Below are positions 37,650-49,319 of a DNA stretch of 64,000 bases, piece after piece; position 1 is the stretch's first letter, and each line of letters opens with the position of its first letter. Source of the DNA: Podarcis pityusensis (taxonomy: Eukaryota). The notes under the pieces were generated by a model. The model ran no database searches and was not told the DNA's origin. It saw nothing but the letters and a program-made list of their open reading frames with translations. The stretch is taken from NCBI GenBank assembly GCA_964106645.2, contig OZ067044.1; one strand, given 5' to 3'. The translations under genes were made by a program, and so were the position numbers.

Positions 37650-37745
37650 ACTCAGAGTAGACCCATTGATATTAATAGCCATCACTCACTTTGAACCATT
37701 AATTTCAGTGGGTCTGCTCTGAGTGAAATTTAGTTGAATACAACA
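37650..37745. mobile_element. Short palindromic MITE-like element (Chompy/Harbinger-like); related copies near 9060-9145, 44935-44997 and 63250-63350
   Basis: actcagagtagacccattga...tcagtgggtctgctctgagt inverted repeat. Confidence 0.55.
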
Positions 37746-39176
37746 AAACCTATTATTTAATTTAGCCTTGCGCATGTAACAATTTGTGGTATTAATTAGG
37801 GTTAGGGGGCATTCTATTCTGCAGACAACTTTCAATCCAGCCTTAGTTTTCCTCCTCAATGTGATTTAAAAGAAGCAAATTAACTAGAATATCCAAATTT
37901 CATCTGAATGCTGTATCTCCCTAAATACCTGGGGGAAATGGAGGGGAGTGCTTAAAATCAAATGCCTAGTGTTGCACCATGGTCAAATAAATACAGTACA
38001 GCTTTCATTCATTAGTGTTCCCTTCTGAACTAACTAGGAGAGGTTCACGGCAAAAACTAAATAGGCTGGGAATTTTCACTAGGGTATAATGTCTGAACCA
38101 TTTCAGAGAGTGAGAGGAGCAGTTTCTCATCTGAGAAATATAGAGATGTGACCACAGCCATTTTCTTCATTGCCCACTTCAGATGTAGAACAAGATCAAT
38201 GTTGTTTGCAACAAAGTATGGGAGAGGTGAGCCTTCAAGCAAGAGAAATAAGCTGTGAATAAATATAGTCTATTTATTTATTTAAGAGGAAGGAAGTTTA
38301 CCACAGCAGACAAATTTCAACTAGCACCAACTAGACAGTCTTCTAACAGTGAAGAGATTTATGGCACTGAAAGCAGTGCGACAACAAATGGTGGCATTGT
38401 CACAGTTCAGCTTGCTTGCCAATAGTGTACTGAGCCCTTTTAAAGAGCTCCTTCAGACATGTTCCTGGCTAGCTACAGTACTGTCTACATGGTCAATCCA
38501 GACACTCTTGCATATTCTTCAGCAAGGCCATATCAACAGCCAGATAATGGGAAACGGCTGCAACTACTTTTTTGAAAGAACTAAAAACCTGGCAGAGTTT
38601 ACAGTGGAATGCATCTTGCCTTTATGTTGAGCGTAATAACAAAAATATATACCTAATGATGTAGTGGATCACCCTCCCCGCTTTTTATGATGACATAATA
38701 AAACACAATTGTTTAAACTAGAGTACTATTTAAAGGGGAGGCCCAACAAAGTGTTCTAATGAAAAACAGATGTACGTAGTTCTGCGTCTGCTACCATTTT
38801 ATTTTTCAATATCTAAAAATGCCAACAAGCCACATTAACTTCCCCCTTTGCTCACCCTTGAGTATGCTACCATCCCCTGCACACAATCCAGACTCCTTCC
38901 AACACAGCACAATTAACTGAAATGCAAATGATAGGTCTTCCTTTTCTTTGCTTTTTTAGATAAATGAAATACAAAGAGCCCTTCATGTGTTATCAGTACG
39001 ATCTAAGCTGCTGCACAGCTACTGGGGACATAACTAGTTGCTGTGTACTATCAATCTTTCCCTGTAAAAATAAAACAGAAAATGCTTCTCATCATACACA
39101 TAGAGATGATGGCCTTATTGCTGATAGCGTAGGTTAGCATCTGTAGTGATATCACACACAATCTACTGTGTATTGG

Positions 39177-39315
39177 CAGTGGCAGCCCCTGGCAAAGACT
39201 AGCTTACTGGGGTTGCGTGGCAGGGGAGGATAAGGTGCCCATGGGCTGCTGTTCCATAGGATTCCAAAGCCCAAGGCAGCTGCTTCAGTCTACCTCATTG
39301 AGCATGTCAGCTCTG
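39177..39315. mobile_element. Old hAT MITE
   Basis: cag...ctg ends; TSD tgtattgg/tgtaatgg (7/8). Confidence 0.45.
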
Positions 39316-40292
39316 TGTAATGGACCCATATGATGACACATTGCATCTTGTAAAATCACTGGGAAAAGATGGACAGAAAGCTTAAACCTTCCCTGAAAAC
39401 TGTTCACAGTTTCCTAAAAAGGTCCACATCCGTTTTTAAGAATCACTGCTATAAAAGCATACATTCATTTAAAGTATTTTTTCATACCCATTTTTGAAAA
39501 GTGTTGTTTTTCAAAACTACCATACTGCTACCACTCAGGTATGGAACACCTCAATTGTGAAGAACACACACCTCTGAACACGAACCATTCCCACACCACT
39601 GAGTAACAACTCTACACAAACATACACAGAATGGACTGAGGCTTATCTGAGAGGCTTTCAGGCAGACTTGAGCTTTGCCAACTCTTATTTAAATAATAAT
39701 AATTACCCAAATATTTGAGGTACTACTATGAAAGCAATTAAGAAGGCCGGGGTGACTTCACTGCCTCATCTCCATCTTGTTTTTCTGTAAGATATAAACT
39801 TACAGGGGAAACTGACTTTTGTGCTGCCTAAAAGCGGAACCTGTGATAAAAAATATGGGCTGAATGTGAAGTGAATTGCCCCTGGTGGTAATTTTTATTC
39901 CACTGTTGGTTTGCAATTTGAGAGTATGTGAATTAAAGATTCAGGGTGAAGCAAACTTTTGAAGATCTGCCCTTAAATCAATTACTACTTCAGCAACTGG
40001 GATTTATCTGGAAGAAAATTATATTCTGCAGTCTTTGCTCACCATTCCACTCTATTCCACATCACCGCCATAAAGATAGATAGATATTTAATTTGACAGA
40101 ATGTTTGAAGAGGAATGGCTTTATTTTGTGGGTGGAAACAACATAGTTTGACAACAGATTGATTTCTTCCTCTCTCACCATGTTCATAGATATTATTTGT
40201 TCTACTGGGTGGCTAGATCTATTTTTGTGACTTTTCTTCTTTGATCACTGAAAGGTGAAACAGGCAACACTGTAAATGTGAGCTCACTAGGG

Positions 40293-40427
40293 TAGGGAAA
40301 GCCAGTGTGGTGCCCTCCAGGTGTTGTGTACTACAACTCTCATCATCCCTGGTTTTGGTCATAACAGCTGGAGGTGATGAAATTTGTAGTCCAACACATC
40401 TGGAGATTGCCACATTGGCTACTCCTG
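40293..40427. mobile_element. Palindromic hAT MITE (ccctccagatgt...actacaactcccatca family); related copies near 10685-10797 and 60815-60945
   Basis: Internal inverted repeat ctccaggtgttgtgtactacaa / ttgtagtccaacacatctggag; TSD cactaggg/cactagaa. Confidence 0.7.
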
Positions 40428-41413
40428 CACTAGAACATATTCACAAACACTCAGCCTAGGGGACTTTTAGGAACAAGGTTTTACAGGAAGGGATACTTTC
40501 CTTTGATCATATTGAGATGAATAACAGTATGTTTTACTGCTTATTACCTTTATAATATTAGTGAAATAGCAGTTTCAAATACTAATATTAAAATACAGAA
40601 CTCAGAGTATTTAAACTCTTTAAATCAGCCAGATCTGTAGTTTTCATATGTGAGAAGTGTTGCAAGTAAATAGGAAGACAGGGAAATTCATGCACGCAAA
40701 TGAGAAATCCAGGTGCAATGGAAAATAAGAGGAGAAACAGCTGTTTGTAGAAGAACAAAATGGCACAGGAAGGAAGAGAAAAAGTGAAGATCAACGAAGA
40801 ACAGTTTTAACATTAAGTAGCCCAGGGAAATCATCACCTTCCAAAATCTACATCAGACTGGAGGAAAAAGAAATAACTTAAGGAAGAATTAAATTAAATT
40901 AAGTGAACTGTATAAAGCCTAGTTACCCGAATAAACTAGTGAGTGATGGGGATAAAAATAGTGCAAAGGCTAAACAGAAGCATGCAGAAAAGCACAGGAC
41001 GTCAGGAAGGTAGAAAGCAGTGTTTCCTCCCTCATTTATTTTACAGCAAGTTTGCTTTGTGAACCTTTGACTGTGATTCACCACTGAGGTATGGCAACTT
41101 CAGAAATAACAATAACAAATAACCCCACTTCCTGTTCCCTTTGAGACAGACAGAATGTGTGTGCTCATGTGTTTATAAAAGCACACACATGTATGGGAAG
41201 ACTTCACAATAACTGTTTTCACACAAGTATCTCTGACACAGTCTGCAGCATAAAACCAGGACCAAATCACAGTTCGTCACACAAGCAGTGAGATAATAGT
41301 GACTGTAATATTAATTTGGATGCAATAAACGCAGGTTCAAACCTTAGCTAAAAAGTTTACTAGGTTACCCTAGGCAAGTCACTAACTTCCAGTGTAATCC
41401 TATCCACAGGATT

Positions 41414-41764
41414 AAAGGTAAAGGGACCCCTGACCATTACGTCCAGTCGTGACTGACTCTGGGGTTGCGGTGCTTATCTCGCTTTATTGGCCGAGGGAGC
41501 CGGCGTACAGCTTCCAGGTCATGTGGCCAGCATGAATGAGCTGCTTCTGGCGAACCACAGCAGCGCATGGAAACACCGTTTACCTTCCCACCGGAGCAGT
41601 ACCTATTTATCTACTTGCACTTTGACGTGCTTTTGAACTGCTAGGTTGGCAGAAGCAGGGACTGAGCAATGGGAGCTCACCCCGTCGCGGGGATTCGAAC
41701 CGCCAACCTTCTGATCTGCAAGTCCTAGGCTCTGTGGTTTAACCCACAGCACCACCCACGTCCC
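41414..41764 (-). mobile_element. Full-length Sauria SINE with 13-bp TSD
   Basis: TSD TATCCACAGGATT at 41401-41413 and 41765-41777; A and B boxes on the minus strand. Confidence 0.95.
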
Positions 41765-42070
41765 TATCCACAGGATTGTTATTAGATTAAAATAGCTTTG
41801 AGCTTCTGCAAAGAAAGTATGTAAAAACACTGGCAGTGTATCTAGGAACAGGCATGTGCAGGGGGTGGAGAGTAGGGTATTCTTGCCTTGGAGGGTTAAG
41901 GAGGCTGGGGCCCCCTGCCAGGAACCAGCTGCTTTTTTTGTTTCAGTTTATAACTTTATTGCAACTAGACTCCCACCCTGTACCTCAGACAAGCTCTTCA
42001 AGGGCTTGCCTAGGATTGGGAAGGTAATTGGGTACAATTCACCTTTGGCTAGAGAGCTACTTTGAATATA

Positions 42071-42298
42071 CAGTGGTACCTCAGGTTACAAACACCTCGG
42101 GTTACAAACGCTTTGGGTTACAGACTCCGCTAACCCGAAAGTAGTACCTCAGGTTAAGAACTTTACCTCAGGATAAGAACAGAAATCGTGCACAGGTGGC
42201 GTGGCGGCAGCGGGAGGCCCTATTAGCTAAAGTGGTACCTCAGGTTAAGAATGGTTTCAGGTTAAGAACAGACCTCCAGAACGAATTAGGTACCACTG
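42071..42298. mobile_element. Tigger/pogo-like MITE (caggttaagaac family)
   Basis: TA|cagtggtacct ... aggtaccactg|TA; same family as 43530-44507. Confidence 0.9.
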
Positions 42299-43735
42299 TA
42301 GTAAGAATGCTCATTTTCCACCCAAAATGTGGCACTACAGAAGACATTGAAAATACCAAGTCAGATGCACAAAAGTTCAGATCTAGCAGTATTCACTAGA
42401 CAATCTGGTACAATGGGCTGAAACTGGATTTTGAATCCCTTCCCCTTGAAGGGATATTAGGAACCAGAAAGCTTGGGTGGCGCATATTCCTTCTATGATA
42501 AAAACTAAAATTGCTGCTGCCTGCGACTTCCTGTTAAGAGTGGACGCCAAGTTACCACGGTAACTAATGAGTGATATCTGGCCCACAGCTTTCTAGAGAA
42601 ATGAAAGCTGTCCCTCAACACTGATGAGCATTGCCCAGATGGATTATCTGAAAGTAAAGTTAGCCAGTATAAAACATTAAAAGAAAATAGTACTGTATTA
42701 AAATTCTGAGCTAGAAGATTAAGGATGGCTGTCAAACATTAGTAGTGTTTTGCTTACAGAGAACTGCAGTGTTTAGGATGTCAATCATCCTTCCAGGTCC
42801 AGAAAGGTCCAGAAAAGAAATCACATAAAATGAAGACCATAAAAAGATTTTGAATCAGAAAACTGCACCCATATTCCCCTTAAGGTGCTCAATCTAGCCA
42901 CTCATCTGTCATATTTACCATTTTAAGAGACACTTTAGCCAACATCTAGACATTTACTGTTGGATTTTTGCTTTGTTTTTTGCTCCGTTCTTCTAATTTT
43001 TCTGTAATAAAAAGTGTCTGACAGATTTAGCAACACTGTGAATTTCTAACACATAGAAACTTTCATTTTTCACTTCTGTATTTTACTTGCAAAAGCTCAC
43101 CAGGAACTAAGTCCACACATTTATTATAGGAACTTTTCAAAGCACACAAAGAATAATACACTGTTTCCCCCTTCACATCGGTCTTCTTAAATATATTGTC
43201 AAAAAAGGAGAAGTATAGGTTTCCCCCATGAGTGAAATATCATGGATGGACTGCATGATCCTATTCTATATCTCTCAAGGCTGAATTCTCTTGCTGCTGC
43301 TTCCGAGTTTGGCAGTGTGGGGAGTGCTCTAGGACAGGGCCTGTCCCACAAAGGTTATTAAAAGAAATTGAGCAAATCTTCACTACTATAGTAGACTGTG
43401 TGCAAACACATACAGTGTGCAATGCCTGTCAGCTTCCAATACTTTCTCAAAGAGTGCATGTGAGTTAAACAAAGACCTTAATAAGTTTTGTTTATTTGTT
43501 TAATCCAGTGTTATGCTGAAAGACAATTACAGTGGTACCTCGGGTTACATACGCTTCAGGTTACAGACTCCGCTAACCCAGAAATAGTGCTTCAGGTTAA
43601 GAACTTTGCTTCAGGATGAGAACAAAAATTGTGCTCTGGCGGCACAGCAGCAGCAGGAGGCCCCATTAGCTAAGGTGGTGCTTCAGGTTAAGAACAGTTT
43701 CAGGTTAAGAACGGACCTCCGGAACAAATTAAGTA

Positions 43736-44485
43736 CCGTATTTTTCGCTCTATAGGACGCACTTTTTCCCCTCCAAAAATGAAGGGGAAATGTGTGTGCG
43801 TCCTATGGGGCGAATGCAGGCTTTCACTGAAGCCTGGAGAGCGAGAGGCATCGGTGCGCACCGACACCTCTCGCTCTCCAGGCTCCAGGAAGCTATCTGC
43901 AAGCCTTGCGTACCCGGGGGGAGTTCCCCCGGGCACGCAAGGCTTGCGGGCGGCAGCCTGCAGCGCGGAGCACGGGGAGCCCTCCGGAGGACGCCCCATG
44001 CTTCGCGCAGGTGTCCGCAAGCCTTGCGTGCCCGGGGGGAGATCCCCCCGGGCGCGCATGGCTTGCGGGCGGCAGCCTGCAGCGCGGAGCACGGGGCGCC
44101 CTCCGGAGGACGCCCCGTGCTTCGCGCAGGTGTCGGCAAGCCTTGCCACCCGGGGGATCTGCCCCGGGAGCGCAAGGCTTGCGGGCGGCAGTCTGCAGCG
44201 CGGAGCACGGGGCGCCCTCCGGAGGACGCCCCGTGCTTCGCGCAGGTGTCTGCAGCCTGCCGTCCGGCTCATGGGGCGCCCTGAAGCAGAGCGCCCCTCA
44301 GGCCGGGCAGACATCGGCCAGCCCCACAAGCTCGGGGGACAAGGGGGAGGCGCAGCGCCGCCATCCCACTGTTCCCCGACCTGGTTTTGGGGGGGAAATA
44401 ACGGGAAAAAAATTTTCCTTTATTTCCCCCCAAAAAAGTAGGTGCGTCCTATGGGACGGAGCGTCCTATGGAACGAAAAATACGG
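43736..44485. mobile_element. Tc2-like non-autonomous DNA transposon with GC-rich tandem hairpin array
   Basis: 25-bp TIRs CCGTATTTTTCGCTCTATAGGACGC / GCGTCCTATGGAACGAAAAATACGG (23/25); TA duplication at 43734-43735 and 44486-44487. Confidence 0.9.
43899..44251. repeat. Three tandem ~118-bp units, each made of two GC-rich hairpins
   Basis: Unit starts (gcaagccttgc) at 43899, 44017 and 44136. Confidence 0.92.
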
Positions 44486-45177
44486 TACTTAACCCGAGGT
44501 ACCACTGTATTATTTTCTACCTTAGACATGAACATGCAGAGTTAAGCCAATGGGGGGTTTAAAAAGTACAAGAACTAAAGTAATTAAGTTTTAGAAACAG
44601 CATTTGTACCTTGATTCTTAGTGAAAGGCAGCGCACACAACATAAAGTGTGGAAAAGGAAACGGGGGTATAATTCAATGTCATGTATTTCAGCTTGCCAG
44701 ATGGAACAGTCCCCCGCTCCCTGCACAGTTCTGAGGGTTCTCTCAGCCTCCCACCTACAACCCAATTTCAGAGGTGTGGAAGGAGGAGAAGGGAAAACTT
44801 CATTGCACAAACAGAAGTCATTTACTCAGGGCTTCTGCTGATGAGTCTTGTCCAGTGAATCCTGCCCTTTAGTTCAAAAATACATGAATATTTTGCTTAT
44901 TCAACAGAATTTAAAGGCAAAAAGTGCCATTTAAATAAGTCTTGTTCATTCATTTCAATGGATATACTATGAGTAAAACTTAATTGAATACCATCCAAAG
45001 AAACTGGATTAATCAAACTGTAATTACTTACTGAAGTGTTTGGTTTGTCCATAGTTTCATTTCTCTCTCAGATATATAGTCCACTATTTTTTTTAAAAAA
45101 GGGTTTCTGTAGCAACTTAATTTTTCACATCAGTTGCATCTATCTGCACCTTTTTTAAAAGCCAGAAACAGGCTTAC

Positions 45178-45273
45178 CTTGCATTGTTGTTTTCGTAGGT
45201 TCCGAAAAAAGAGGAATGAGTAGCAGGTAGATGAGGTAGACAAATGAGAGTCCATTGTAGCGGAATGCACATG
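45178..45273 (-). CDS. PIEZO2: PIEZO2 coding exon 2 (96 nt, phase 1-1), N-terminal transmembrane region of the mechanosensitive channel
   Basis: Minus-strand translation ACAFRYNGLSFVYLIYLLLIPLFSEPTKTTMQ(G) matches the vertebrate PIEZO2 N-terminus as recalled. Acceptor tttctctctttctctctacag and donor gtaagc are canonical. Confidence 0.97.
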
Positions 45274-45681
45274 CTGTAGAGAGAAAGAGAGAAATGCAGG
45301 GGGGAAAGTGGATTAATGCTAATATTTCAGGGAAATGATTGCACAATCAACTGACCAGTGTATTGACATACGTTGCATTTCCATTACATTAATATGATCT
45401 ACATTGAAATGCATTTTTCTTTTATTGTATTTTATGCTTAAGCTCTTACATTTTGTAAATTTATTAGACAGCCTTAATACAGAAGTGATTAATAAACTAA
45501 CTTATTATCATTACCATCCACAGTGTAGGGTTATCAAGGTGACTGCAGCAAAAGGAAAAGGAAAAGACAATATACCTGCACACAGATTATGCCCTTTAAA
45601 ATGAGAATATAACAAAATCCACAAACAACCAATTAAAAACACAGGTAATTTTGACTCTCATTTAATAATTAATGGCTAGAG

Positions 45682-45931
45682 CATGGGTAGGCAAACTAAG
45701 GCCCGGGGGCCAGATCTGTCCCCATTGCCTTCTAAATCTGGCCCACAGAAGTTCCGGGAATCAGCGTGTTTTTACATGAGTAGAATGTGTCCTTTTATTT
45801 AAAATGCATCTCTGGGTTATTTGTGGGGCATAGGAATTTGTTCAATTTTTTTCTTCAAAATATAGTCCGGCCCCCACAAGGTCTGAGGGACAGTGGACCG
45901 GCCCCCCACTGAAAAAGTTTGCTGACCCCTG
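45682..45931. mobile_element. hAT (Charlie-type) MITE with perfect 8-bp TSD
   Basis: TIRs catgggtaggcaaact / agtttgctgacccctg; TSD GGCTAGAG. Confidence 0.92.
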
Positions 45932-46192
45932 GGCTAGAGCAAGCAGCTGACTGTATTTTCTGTGATCGTAGGGTTGGAATTTGCTATTAAGATTTGCTAT
46001 AAGAAAATTCATCTGAGTTCCCCATGTGTAGACAAAGTACCGGGAAGATAACATTTTGATTGAGCTGTTTTTGCAAGGACAAACTTTCAAGTGTCAGGGC
46101 AGCCCTGTAAATTGACCTTCCATAATTTCTAATGATGAGACTTTTACACTAACCATTGAAGATACTCATCTGTGTCTAGGAACATTCAATTA

Positions 46193-46548
46193 CAGTGGTG
46201 CCCCGCAAGACGAATGCCTCGCAAGACGGAAAACCCGCTAGACGAAAGGGTTTTCCATTTTCAATGCGCTTCGCAGGACGAATTTCCCTATGGGCTTGCT
46301 TCGCAAGACAAAAATGTCTTGCGAGTCTTGAGATTTTTTTTCCGCTTCCCCCCCCCTTTTTCTAAGCCGCTAAGCCTTTAATAGCCTTTTAGCAGCTAAT
46401 CTGCTAAGCCGCTAAGCCTTTAATAGCCGCTAAACCGCTAATAGCGCTAATCCACTAAGCTGCTAATAGGGTTGCTTCGCAAGACGAAAAAACCGCTAGA
46501 CGAAGATACTCGCGGAACGGATTAATTTAGTCTTGCGAGGCACCACTG
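46193..46548. mobile_element. Tigger/pogo-like MITE, same family as 29923-30270 in opposite orientation
   Basis: TA|cagtggtgccccgcaagacg ... gtcttgcgaggcaccactg|TA; internal (aagccgcta)-type repeats. Confidence 0.92.
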
Positions 46549-49035
46549 TATGCTCAATACCTAGCAGGTCAATAATCAATGCTAGGTTGTAGTCCAAAGA
46601 ACAGAAGTGACCAAACCATAAGCAAGGATGGCATTATGATTTGGAGAAAATATATGACTTCACAGTGAGCTTTATCACAAATTTATTGTATGAATTCAGA
46701 AGAGTTGTTATTAAGCCCTGTGGCTTATTAGAGAAATTGGAAAACTGAATCACCCACCAAGATAATTAAATAAAGCTTTCTCCTAAAGTGATTTGTGCCT
46801 CAAAATGCATTTAACACATTATTAGTACTCAAAGCTTTTAATCTAAAGGCCGTATGCACAACAGGATCATCCTTTTATCTCTCTACTGACTGCAGTGCTC
46901 AGTACTGCTACTGTAGAAACTTTTCATCAAGCGGGCGTGATGGGGTTACAACTGGAAAGGAGAAATCCAAAACAAGTTTCTTTCATGTGCAAACAACCTC
47001 TGCACATGCAAGGAGGTCTTGGGATTGAAGCCAAAGTGTTAGCTGTAGTCAAAAGTTGTGCAAATACTCACACACAAAAATCATGCAAACATATGAACCC
47101 AAATCAGGCTTTATCAATTTTCATTTTCTTTTTCTACATGTTGGAAAGCAACATTCATTTAATCAAAACATACACACAGCTTAACCCACATAGAATTATG
47201 TGAGTAGATCCCAGTATACTAGTGCTTCTCCTGTAGCAGCAATTCTAAGTCAACCTTTTCTTCACAAACAAGAAATAAGTTAATTGTACAGTGGGGCAAA
47301 ACAGCAGACAGTTCAAAGTTTTAATTTTTTATGGTCGGTATTGCGCAAAAATAATATACATAAAGCCACAGAACATTTTTTTTCATTGTCATTATTGTAT
47401 TTTCCCTTTAAGAATATTGGTCAGTGAGACACTGAATCAAGCAGAAGTTTCAGTATATCAATAAATATGTGTCTCTGGGCTGTTCTGTATGGCAAAAATA
47501 TGGGGGGGGGGGGAATTAAGAGAAGGAAAAAAGCCAGCTTCAATCTAACGGCATGGCAGATGTTGAACTGTTATGAGGCCTACCACATTCAGCCTTTTCT
47601 CGTAGGGTAAGCCAAATGCAGAGGTGTCAGTGCAGGAATAGATATTTTTATTTATTTTCACAAAAACGTAACTATCCTCACTTAAATCAATAATATATCT
47701 CATAACTGAAAATCACGTTTAAATCTCAAAAATAATTCCTTGGAGAAATTAAGAGGTGGTAAACTAAAGCTGACATCTTTTGTTAATGTTTAGTAACAGT
47801 AGACCAGTGTTACCATTTCACTACTCTCATTCTTGTAATGGACCTATTTTGATCATCACAGAAACAGCTTCAAAAGCATCTGAGGCAACATTTAAATTAT
47901 AAATTGAGCGGACATAATTATGCAAGTCCAGACAACAGGACTGAACATCACACATTAACATTCTAGTGTCAATTCCATGGGAAAGACCTATACATTCTGA
48001 TTGCACTAATGTGGTTGGGTTATTTAAGTATTGACCCAGCCACATAGGAGAAATCAGACTTTGTCAGGCTGCGGATGATGATGATGATGATGATAAAGGC
48101 CCCTTTTCTTAATGAGCAAAGACAGTTAACTTGTCCCCTCACTCCGCTACCTATTTTAGCCTAGCAGCCAACAAAGGCATTTGCAAGTGGACACAGGTTT
48201 CCAAATATACTTTGTCTTCTTATCACATAAGAATACTTATAGGATTTGGGAACAAATGAGAAACTGCACATAGGGGCAGATTATTATTTTTTTAAAAAAG
48301 CCCTCATGGGGATCCCTGGAAGAAGCAAGAAATCATAAGCTGCATAACTTGCCGTTTAGCACAAATGAAGTTCCCTTCAAGGGAGCAACACTTTACAGAA
48401 TAATGCGCTGCATTGTTTTTCAACAAATATTACAAGAAGGAAACAGGCTCAAACTGTATGTCAAGCAGGAATGGTGAATTTTGATTCCTTTCTGCAAAAG
48501 ACGCCAGACACTTTAAATGACCTGCCTGAATACTGGAAGGAGAGATGTGGAATGGGGGGGGGGGGAGGATAAAGGAAGAGGGGGGGTAGTATTCTTATTA
48601 TAGCTCTGTTGTATTATTGCCCATATGCAATAATGGTGTGTGAGAGGATATATGAAGTACTGTAACCAGGATAGGGGAGTTATAGGTCCTAGCAGAGTAA
48701 AGTCATTAAAAGTGAAGGAAGGAAGAAGTCAGGGTCCTCCCCCCCCCCCCCCCGGTCATTTGACAATCCTATGAAAACCACTGCTACAATAAAGCAAGGA
48801 TCCTAGCTTTCTAACTGGTCACCAGAATGCATGCCCCAATTCAGCTTAATGTTAAGGCCGATATAAAGCCACTTTAAGCAATTGTTTTAAAAATAGAAAA
48901 ACTGGGTAAAAATGCCTGGAAACAAACAAAGATAAATTCAGTCTTGCCAGTATGGGCAGAATTGTGCATGGCAATATATTTCCAAAGCATGTTAAGATAG
49001 AGAGAATTCTTCTTGCAGAATTTATTATTCTAATC

Positions 49036-49241
49036 CAGAGCTTTCCGAACTTTTCATGTTGGTGACACACTTTTTAAACATGCATTATTTCGCGACACAC
49101 TAATTCAGTTTTACCAGCAAAAAGGAGATTAAACTAACCCCTTTCCAGCCCCAGGAGGATCGTGGGGAGCATTCGCACAACACACCCACACACTGCAGTC
49201 AACGCACGAACATGTCGCGACACACAGTTTGGAATGCTCTG
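49036..49241. mobile_element. hAT MITE with perfect 8-bp TSD
   Basis: TIRs cagagctttccgaact / agtttggaatgctctg; TSD TTCTAATC; subterminal gcgacacac repeats. Confidence 0.88.
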
Positions 49242-49319
49242 TTCTAATCTGTTTAAATTTACATGCAGCAAAAGGAATGATTACATATTCCTCTGGAGCA
49301 AAGCCATTATAATCTAACT

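Larger units (their letters stand above)
43530..44507. mobile_element. Tigger/pogo-like MITE carrying a nested 750-bp insertion
   Basis: TA|cagtggtacctcgggtta ... taacccgaggtaccactg|TA. Confidence 0.92.
11712..45177 (-). other. PIEZO2: PIEZO2 intron 2 (~33.5 kb, GT-AG)
   Basis: Interval between the exon 2 donor and the exon 3 acceptor; the two exons join in frame with no missing protein sequence. Confidence 0.9.

Noticed and set aside
42622-42655. CTGATGAG...GAAA hammerhead-like strings (also near 19550 and 44838)
   Set aside because: No compatible stems I, II and III can be formed.
43899-44251. CRISPR-like appearance of repeated palindromes
   Set aside because: The units are full tandem repeats with no unique spacers, there are no cas genes, and the context is a vertebrate intron.
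43700-44562. Five overlapping 150-220 aa ORFs on both strands
   Set aside because: They arise from stop-poor GC-rich palindromic repeats inside a MITE. The peptides are repetitive and show no transposase or other domain.
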